The notes under the pieces were generated by a model. That model was not told the origin of the DNA and did no database searches. It was given only the letters and a program-made list of their open reading frames with translations. From Harriotta raleighana (Eukaryota), in assembly GCA_050575255.1 (NCBI GenBank), contig JBNZDD010013717.1, forward strand, positions 1,609,245 to 1,673,244: a DNA stretch of 64,000 nucleotides, in the 5' to 3' direction. The position numbers were made by a program, and so were the translations under genes. Each line of letters begins with the position of its first letter. Positions within the stretch are counted from its first letter, which is position 1. Shown here in pieces: positions 55,120 to 64,000 of the stretch.

Positions 55120-55521
55120 TATTATTAGTAGTAGTAGTACATGTCTTTAAAGGGATTTTTTAAATTGTGTGCCAATCGACGAACAATGGGGTTCTTACTT
55201 ACTGCTGGATAAATGGAGGCATGTGGAGTAAGGAAACGTCTACGTTTTGTCATGCCGAGAATCTAACTCAGGCCCTCTTGCTTGAAAAATGAGTGCTCGA
55301 AAAATACACAGCAGAACTCCACATGTTCCATGGTACTAAATATTTTATGGTACTACTCAAAGAAAGAAGAAACTTTTTACCAGGTGTCCTTATCAACAGT
55401 CCCTTTGAAGTAAAATTGGTCATTCACTTCATGGCTGTTTGTGGGACATTGTGGTGTGCAAACTGTCTGACACATCTTCTTGTAAACACACAGTCAATAC
55501 ACTTCACACTATACATTGTGT

Positions 55522-55932
55522 GTCAGGCTGTCTCAGTTGGTAGTATTCCCACCTCTGAGTCAGAAGGTTGTGAGTTCAAACTTCACATTGGGTCTTGGAA
55601 CTCATCTGGTCAGTCACTCCAATGCAGTGCTGGGATGTGCTATATTGTTGGAGGTGCTGTCCTTTAAATGAGACATTAAATCAAGCCTGCCTGTTCAGGT
55701 TCAAAGATCAAATTATAGTATTTGAAAAGAGAAGGAAGTTTCTCCTGGTATTTTGACCAATAGTTTCCAGAATAAAATTGGTTGTTTACTTCATGGCTGT
55801 TTGTCGGACATTCCTGTATTTTAATTGACTGCTGTGTTTACTCACAATCACTGCTCACAAGCCATGTAGTGCTTTGGGACATCTTTCTGACATGAAAGGC
55901 ACCAACTATACCAATTGTAAAGATTATTATTA
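55522..55932 (+). mobile_element. Full-length SacSINE1-like DeuSINE
   Basis: Head gtcaggctgtctcagttggtag...cctctgagtcagaaggttgtgagttcaa, then the Deu core ggaggtgctgtcctttaaatgagacattaaa, then an L2-like tail. Confidence 0.75.
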
Positions 55933-56644
55933 CTATTCTCAGTCAAATCCTATGAAGGAGTTTGAGACACCTCGTTGATATGATATGGTGCTATATCAAA
56001 TGCAAGGATTATTATGAGAATTAGAAGAATTATTATTTCACTATGATTATACTTTAGTTCTCCTATCTCAGCTAGGACACCAACAGCATACACTTGTGAA
56101 GTGCTATTTTACCATATAAACATTTTAAATCACTTTGTAATTAGTAAAATGGAAATCAAGCAATGTAAGAAATGTAGAGGTAACCAGAGGCACAATTGAA
56201 GCGGTAGATACTTAGGAAAGAGAATTTAAGAGAGGTAACGTAGCAACAACTACACCAACTTGCACTTAATATAGCACCCTCCATGCAAAGTTGCTTCTCA
56301 GTGTGTTTAATAGAGGTGGTATCTGACTATGCAAGTGATGTAAGAAGCGACTTCCAGAGAACAGGAAGATGGTGGCTGAAAACTGATTGTGAAGTGGAGG
56401 GAGTAAGGCATGAGCAACCTGTCAGATGAGCGAGAGATTGTAGGCCAAGAAATAGGGCTGGAGATGATTACACAGTCAGGGGCCAGTCTATGGAGGATTC
56501 AAACAAAAATGAGGATCTTGAAATAATCTGCTTTGAGGCAGAAAGCCAATAGAATCTGGTAAGGATAAGGTCTAGGGGACATGGGTGGGAATGAGTACAG
56601 TGTAATTTACACTATGAACCCTGGATTTAGATATCAAGCCTGGA

Positions 56645-56809
56645 CAACAACAACAACAACAACAAAATTACACTTATAGAGCGCGTTTCACGTCAGGAGG
56701 ACGTCCCAAGGCGCTGGACAGATTGGTTCAGGACCCGAGCAAGGGAAAATGTTCAGGGCGAGGGGGGGGAAGGGTAGGAGCAAGGAGGGGGTAGAGAGTC
56801 GAGAGGGGA
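56645..56809 (-). mobile_element. Young L2 3' end (tail type B)
   Basis: Nearly identical to 37115-37278. Confidence 0.85.
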
Positions 56810-57363
56810 CCATCTATAGAGGGTCAGGAACACTCTAAAGTTTCCATCATGTTTCTCAGAAGCTGGGTGGATTTTTAATTTACATTTCATAAGACCTCAG
56901 GGAGTTCCTGCCTTATTCTCTATCAAAAGCAAAAAAACATGTTTTAACTATGATTTCCTCAAGGCTTACAGATGATCTGTTGGTGAAAATTGACCTACCA
57001 TGTACTTAAAACACTTGAGACAACAAGAAATCATTCTGATTTTCTTCGAATAATCAATTGTTTCTGTGGAATGTTATGACATTTAACTACCTTTGACAAT
57101 CTTTATAATGCTGTTTCATCCAGTACCTTATGTAATACAGAATCATACATTTGTTTTAGTACAGAAGAAGCCTCTGCAGGCATATATTTCCCACTATTCC
57201 TTATTGTTTTTTATTTTCTGATGTTTGCCTGATCCCCCTTTAAAAGTCATTTAAAAATTCTGCTTCAACCATCATTCTTGGCAGAACAATCCATGTCCCA
57301 GTAAACTTCTGTGTGAATAAAGATGCAATGGATTGTTCGTCCCCTGTTGGTAAAGTTACAGAT

Positions 57364-57620
57364 GTCAGCCTCACAGTTGATAGCACTCTCTTCTTGGAGT
57401 CAGAAGGATGTGGACTCAAGCCCCACATTGGGACTTTGGATTCACAGTATAGGCTGATACACTACTGCAGTATTGGGGAAGGGAGATGCTGCAAACACAA
57501 ATTTTCCATCCTTTGTAAAGAGACGTTAAAAATAAGGTTCGGCCTCCCTGTTTCAGTGGGATGTTAATGATTACATGGCACTATTTGTAAAGAGAAGCAA
57601 TTTCCTCCTGGCATCATGTC
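57364..57620 (+). mobile_element. SacSINE1-like DeuSINE 5' part
   Basis: gtcagcctcacagttgatagcactctc...gagtcagaagg...gagacgttaaa...catggcactatttg. Confidence 0.7.
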
Positions 57621-57625
57621 TAGAA

Positions 57626-58000
57626 GAACAACTTGCATTTATATACCGCCTTCCACACAGGGCAGCATCCCAGAAGGCTTTAAGTGGCTGAGCATGATTC
57701 CGAGCTGGGGTTGGGAGGGTGAAACACAAACATGGGAGAATGTTTGAAAGTTTCAGGACTTAGTGACTGAATGCGCGACCTCCAATGGTGGAGTAAAGGG
57801 CATAAGGGACAAGCAGGAGGCCGGTGCCAGTTGAGTAGAGGAGTCAGGTTGTAGATTTGGGAGTGAGGAGGTCAGAGAGGTAGGGAGGTTTCAGGGAGTG
57901 AGTTGATTTGAACACGAGTGTAAGAATCTTCAAGTCGACCCGTTCGATGATGGGGAGCCAGTAGTGGCTGCCAGAACTGGTGAGATGTGGGTACAGAGTT
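57626..58000 (-). mobile_element. L2 LINE 3' end
   Basis: Minus-strand HYWLPIIERVDLKILTLVFKS, with the tail aacaacttgcatttatata. Confidence 0.75.
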
Positions 58001-58003
58001 TGG

Positions 58004-58540
58004 TCTGCCACTACCTCACCCCTATGCTCCACCTCTACCTCACCCCTCAGGCTGTTGAAACCCTCATTCATGCTTTCATCACTTCCCGGCTTGACTATGT
58101 CAATGCCTGCTTGTTGGCTTTCTCAATTCCTCCCTTCATAGGCTGCAGATCATCCAGAACTCTGCAACCTGTATCCTCTACCTTTCCAAGCTTTGTGACC
58201 CCATCTCCCCCATCCTTACCCGACTCCATTGGCTTACCATCATCCAGAGGATTCAATTCAAGATCCTGGTCCTCACATTCAATGCCCTCCATGGCCTTAC
58301 CTCATTCTAGCTTTGTGACCTGTTAACCCCCTACCAACCTGCCCGCCCTCTCTGCTTAACAGCCTCTGGCCTGCTCCATGATTACCAATCAACCTGCCCC
58401 TCCATTTGTGGCGAACCTTCAGCCACTCTGCCCTCAACCTCTGGAACTCCATCCCACAATCCCTCTGCCTCACCCCCTCCCTGGCCCCCTTCAAGTCTCG
58501 TTACAAGACCCTCCTCTTTGATGGTCCCATCGGTCACCCC
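58004..58540 (+). mobile_element. L2 LINE 3' fragment
   Basis: LTPQAVETLIHAFITSRLDYVNA...FSHSALNLWNSIP. Confidence 0.85.
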
Positions 58541-59304
58541 AAATCCAGACGTGGATCCAGACATATGAAATTGTGTTCACAATCTCCGACTCTAGGTAAA
58601 GCCCCGAGCCTCAGAGTTTCCTCATCAGCTATGGTGGGAGGTCAAAGATGTCATCTTTCAGATGGGACTTCCCAAACTGCTCAGCTCCCAACCCCAGCTT
58701 GGGTGTCAGACACCAGAACCTTGAGGTTGCCTCTGCCATAAAAGGAATTTAAAAAATGTAAATTGCATAGAACTGAAATAGTTAGCTGATGTCCCATCTC
58801 TCTATTCAGGTGGACATAAAAATTCCATTAAACTATCCGAAAACAGAAGAGAGTTTCTCACAGTTTTCTGGCCAACATTTTTCCAGAATAGCTGATAATT
58901 CACCTCCTGCCTCTTTGTGGGATTTACTTGTGGAAATGGCTGCAACTTTTGCTTAGCAAAACTCATGTCACTACACTCAGCAGGAATTATTTGAGGTGCT
59001 TTGATTTGAAAAGGCATGATAGAAATGCAACTTCTCATTCATAATTTATACTCTTCTGCCTTGTTCTAAACTATATCATACAATACATTAACCATGAGTG
59101 TTGTTAATGAAATGTGTAAGCCTCATTCCTAAGTTGGCCACCTTCCAACCACTTTGCATCAGAATTCTAGGAATGCAAACGAACCTTTAGCATCTCTATT
59201 ATTCAATCTGTATTTAACAAGATCAGCTTTACAACTTTTTTGAGTACAGTACTACCTTTTCTTACTACGAAAGAATCCAATATGGAATGTAGATTGAAAC
59301 ACAG

Positions 59305-62300
59305 ACAATAACAACTTTGATTTATATAGCGCCCTCCACGTTGGACGGCGTCTCAGAGCGCTTCACAATAGCGGATCCTGGGACCAAGCCAGGGGCAAGG
59401 GTAGAAAGGTGACCAAAGGTGCAGTCGAAGAGAAAGATCTTCAGCTGGGACCTGAAACTGGAAAAAGAGGGTGCCAGGCGGAGGGAGTGAGGAAGGGAAT
59501 TCCAGAGCCTCGGAACACAGTGGCTGAAAGCATGGCCGCCAAGGGTGGAGCAGAGGATTCAGGGGACATGGAGGAGGCCAGACCCAGTGGAGCGAAGGCA
59601 ACGGGTGCTGGTTTGAAGAGAGAGGAGGTCAGAGAGGTAGGGAGATTGCAGAGGAGTGGAGGGATTTGAAGATGAGGGTGAGGATCTTGAAATCAATCCT
59701 CAGGGAACCAGTGAAGTCTGGCAAGGACTGGGGTAATGGGGGAGCGAAGTTTGGTGTGGGTGAGAACGCAAGCGGGAGAGTTTTGGATAACTTTGTGGAT
59801 TGTGGAGGAGGGGAGACCGGAGAGGTGGGCATTGCAATTGTCCAGTGAGAGGTAACAAAGGCATGGAACAGGGTTTCAGCAGCTTTTGGAGTGAGATATT
59901 GGCGGAGATGGGTGATCCGTCGGAGGTGGAAGAAGGCGGTGCTCGTTAGGGACCGGATGTGGGGGAGCAAGGTCAGTTCGGGTCGAACCTGATGCCTAGG
60001 TTGCGCACAGGTTGCGGAGAGTTTTAGGGGCAGACCGGGAAGGTGGAGGAGATGAGTGCCATGTGAATGGAGATGTTGACGAGAGCCAAAGAGTCTGTCC
60101 TCCGTCTTATCAACATTCAACTGCAAGAAATTTGCACTCATCCAGCTCCTGATGTCTGACAGGCAGGCTGACAGACATCAGTGGAATGGGGGCGCAAAGT
60201 GAAGTGGAGAAATAGAGCTGGGTGTCATCCACATACATGTGGAAATGTGCCCCATGTCTGCAGATTACATCCCCAATAGGGAGCATATAGATGAGGAAGA
60301 GGAGGGGGCCAAGGATGGATCCCTGGGGTACCCTACAGGTAACAGGGTGAGAGCGAGAAGAAAAGCCGTTTGTGATGATGTACTGTTGGCGGTTTGAGAG
60401 GTAGGACTCAAAGCAGGTGAGTGCGGTCCCACTGAGATGGATGACAGAGGACAGGCAGTGGAGGAGGATAGCGTGGTCGACTGTGTCGAATGCAGCAGAC
60501 AGTTCAGGAGGATAAGGAGGCAGAGGGAGTCCTGGTCGCAGACAGAGAGGACGTCATTTGTGACTTTCACAAGCACAGTCGCTGTACTATGGACAGGGCG
60601 GAAATAAGAGGGGTTCAAACAGGGAGTGGGGGGAGAGGTGGGCAAAGATTTGGTTTGCAACAACATGTTCAAGAGCTTTTGAAAAGAAGGGCAGGTTTTA
60701 AGATGGGGTGGTAGTGGCTAGGGTTTGAGGGATCTAGGGAAGGTTTTTTAAGGAGTGGGGTGATGGCAGCAGTTTTAAGCGGGTGATGGCAGAGGTTTTA
60801 AGTGATCCTGTGAAGAGGAACTGGTTGATGATGTCAGCCAGCAGTGGGCAGAGGAGGGGGTGCTGGGTGAGCAGGAGATTGATGGGGAGGAGTTCGAGGC
60901 AGCAGGTGATTGGCTTCATAGAGGTGAGGGTGTGTGAGAGGGAGGAAAAAGAGATGGGGGAGAAGGAGTTTAGGAAGGGGGTCGATGTAGGAGCTGGTAG
61001 GAGTGGGTGAGAGGGTTGGAATGGAGGTGATGGTGGTGGGTGACGAGAGGCAGGAAGATGATGCTGCCTGGCGGATGTTCGTAATCTTGGAGCAGAAAAA
61101 GTCCATGACCTCCTCGCACTTTGCATTTGAAGTGAAGATTGAGGAGGCCTGCGGCAAAGGAAGTGGTGAGTGTTGGAAAAAAGGACTTTGGGGTTGTTGT
61201 TTGCCTCCAGGATAATGCTGGAGTAGTACAGTACTCTGTTTTCGCATGGGTCAAGGAATGGCGGTAGGTGTGGAGATGCTCAAGCCATAGTTGGTGGTGA
61301 ACCATGAGACCGGTTTCCCACCACCTGCGCTCGAGCAGCCGGGTTTGAGATTTAAAGGTCCGGAGATGAGTGTTGTGCCAGGGGGAGTGGTTTAGAGATG
61401 GTTCTGGATTTCAGGGGGAACGAGGGAGTTTAAGTTGGAGGAGAGGCGGTCGTGGAGCAGGTGGACAGCTGCTTCAGGATCGCTGTGGGTGGAAGACCAG
61501 AGGGGTAGGAGGTCAGAAAATGTGAGGGCCTCTGTGAGGGTCTCAGGGGGAAGAATTTTCCATTTGCGGAAAAGTACAGTTGAGGGCTTGGTGGAGGAGA
61601 GAGGGATGCAAGAGAAGAAGGAGATGGGAAAGTAGTCCAAGATGGTCTTGTCTGAGATGCTGAGGACGGAAATGTCAAAGCCATGGGTGATAATGAGGTC
61701 GAGACCGTCGCCACGGTTGTGGATTGATGAGTTTATGTGGAGGGTGAGGTTTAGGAAGGAGAGGAAGGCAGTAAAATTGGAGGAGAGGGTGCAGTGGGAG
61801 TTTAAATGCAGGTTGAAATCGCCCTTGATGAGCAAACGTTCAATGCTGAGGGACAGAGAGGACAGGAGAATGGAGATATTGGAGAGGAAGGACCCAGGCG
61901 GTTTAGGAGGGCAGTAGAGTAGAAGGATTTTTAAAGAAAGAGAAGGATGGTAGAGGGTGAAGTGCTTGAAGGAGGGGAAGCAGCCAGAGGATTAGAGTGA
62001 TAGACCAATGGAAGCATTGGAGATGATGGCCACCACGCCACCACTTTGGTTAGAGCGGGTTACCGCTCTAACCAACGTGGTGGAAGGTGTAGATGGGAGG
62101 GGAGGCCTCGATTAGAGGCACAGGGTCATTAGGGGAGAGCCAGTTTTCCATAAACCCAAGAATATAAATGCGCTCATCCAGGATGAGGTCATAGATGTTT
62201 AGGGCTTTGTTGGAAAGGGAACGGACATTTTGGAGTGCAGTGCTGATGGGTATGCTGGAAGGGGGAGAGGGAGGAGAGAGTGGTGTGGAGAGGATCTGAG

Positions 62301-62700
62301 GGTATGTAGGAGAGGTGAGTGAGGATTGAGGAGGGAGGGGAAGTGGGGAGAACACGTATGACAGAGGGGGAAGTAGTGTTTGCCTTGAGGAGGCAGTATG
62401 AATGGACAGAGTGGATGATGGGACAGTTGGGGTGGCTGCTCTGGGACACCCAGCGCCTGGTGCCATGATGGGCTCGGCGGAGGATGCCCAGACTGGAGCA
62501 GAAGGAAGTGGTGATAGGGTCTAGGAGGGAGAGTAGGCACGGGGGCCGTTGGGAGAGAAGGACAGAGTTAGAGTAGTGGATAGAGAGCGGTGGTGAGAGA
62601 GACATAGAGGGGGGTAGGGAAGGCTCGGGTTGGGGTGGCAGCCAAAAGCTGCACGCAGAGACCAGGAGCGAGCGATCAGCGGGGCAGCATCATCCCACAG
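59305..62700 (-). mobile_element. Near-full-length decayed L2 LINE (APE endonuclease + RT, many frameshifts)
   Basis: APE start LQNVRSLSNK...ENWL (ORF 62068), GDFNLH...GDGLDLIITHG (ORF 61392), FRPVHSTAT (ORF 60265), YVDDT at ~60223-60237, NFLQLNVDKTE (ORF 59629), and a 3' tail with (GTT)n-like repeats at 59305. Confidence 0.95.
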
Positions 62701-63141
62701 GCAGACACACATATGAACTTTTCATCTTTATTTATACTCATGAGGGAGTACTCTTGTGGGAGGCTTTGGCATTTAAAAAATGCATTGTTGTTGCTGCTGT
62801 GGCTTGGCTTGATCTATGTTCTTTATTTTGTTCCTGCCACTTGGCTATATAAGTGTTCTGTGATAGAGGATGCCAGTCAGATACCAAGGCCACCAGATGT
62901 AACTGCAATATGTGTGTAAGTACTTAGGTGCTCCTTGATGCAGAATGCAACAATGCTACTTTGACTTGGTGACCAGCAGGTTTAACTGAAGGAAAAAATG
63001 AAATTGAAAATAGCTAATGACTGATAGAAGATACCCCAAAACATATATGCCCATGTCCTTCCAATTGCAAGGCGTTTCCGATGAGGTATAAATATTGAGA
63101 TTGCTCTTTCAGTGGAGTCAGACGTTACCATTTTATTAGTA

Positions 63142-64000
63142 CAGTAAAAGCCCATGTATCCGTGACCCGATCAATCGTAACTTCCATATAACCAGCACCT
63201 CAAAAAAACAGGTCCCCATTCGAATAACCAAATCTTATCCGGCTGAATCGGAGTAGTGCATTTAATGAGTCGATTGTCACATGAGAGTAGAGTACAATTA
63301 GTTCCGAATGCCGCTGGTAGTGGCACTTCCGTTTTTTTCTCTTAAAGCGGCACTGTNNNNNNNNNNNNNNNNNNNNNNNNNNNNNNNNNNNNNNNNNNNN
63401 NNNNNNNNNNNNNNNNNNNNNNNNNNNNNNNNNNNNNNNNNNNNNNNNNNNNNNNNNNNNNNNNNNNNNNNNNNNNNNNNNNNNNGTATTGCCAGTATAG
63501 CCTGACTGTATCGTGGGATTATAAATTGTTTTGATGGGGGCTAGGGTGGGAGAAGGAGAGAGAGGTGGGGGAAAGAGGGAAAGTGGGGAGAAAGAGAGAG
63601 GAATGGGAGTGGGAGAGAGAGGTGGGGAAGAGGAGGGGAGAGAGAGGGGAGGTTTTAGTTGATTAATTTAGATGGAAAATGAGAGGAGTGTAGGGAGGGT
63701 TGAGTTTGGAGCCTTTGAGATGGCAGACTTGACTGAATGTGTGTGTGAAAGAGAGCAAGAGGGATGGAGGGAGAGAAAGAAAGAAAAAAAGATGTAAAAC
63801 CTACAGTGCCTCTTTAAGAGGAAAAAAACTCTTCCATTCGCCATCGCTTTGTGATTGTGTGCTGTGATTATGGACTGGAATTGATATTTATTGCTTTATT
63901 GGTAAGTATCCACAAAATATTGTGTTATTATTTAGTCTATCATTAATATGGAAAGTTTTTTTTTTAAATTGGTGTTGGGTTTTCGGAGTCGATATTTGAC
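63142..64000 (+). mobile_element. Tigger-like MITE spanning an N gap and running off the window end
   Basis: ta|cagtaaaagcccatgtatccgtgacccgatcaa is the left TIR. 63890-63985 matches the AT block of 1-110. Confidence 0.75.
63357..63485. other. Assembly gap (N run)
   Basis: Continuous Ns. Confidence 0.99.

Larger units (their letters stand above)
54124..55298 (-). mobile_element. Long-variant tRNA/Deu SINE split by a MITE (halves 54124-54291 and 55120-55298)
   Basis: The joined halves are colinear with the 30402-30777 SINE. Confidence 0.75.

Noticed and set aside
57626-58540. Twin-primed inverted L2
   Set aside because: Both arms cover the same 3' region and appear to belong to different subfamilies; they are two independent insertions.

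Overview
AT-rich, repeat-dense eukaryotic (vertebrate) non-coding DNA. I found no confidently identifiable host protein-coding exon, true tRNA or rRNA. The repeat repertoire points to a cartilaginous fish; a chimaera such as Callorhinchus milii is an inference, not shown. It comprises L2 LINEs, Deu-domain tRNA-derived SINEs including SacSINE1-like copies, old CR1/HER1-like 3' ends, Penelope-type terminal repeats, and TA-flanked Tigger/pogo-like MITEs. The main items are: a near-full-length decayed L2 on the minus strand (~59305-62700) with APE and RT remnants and no evident ORF1; six copies of a CAGTAAAAC-TIR MITE family; several tRNA/Deu/L2-tail SINEs; a ~278-bp direct repeat pair 3.1 kb apart carrying a Penelope hammerhead-like core; and several tandem duplications joined by a single N that look like allelic assembly artifacts. 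Repeat boundaries were placed by eye and are approximate, and family names come from recalled consensus motifs, not from a search. I did not find a convincing novel biological system; the best leads are listed as findings.
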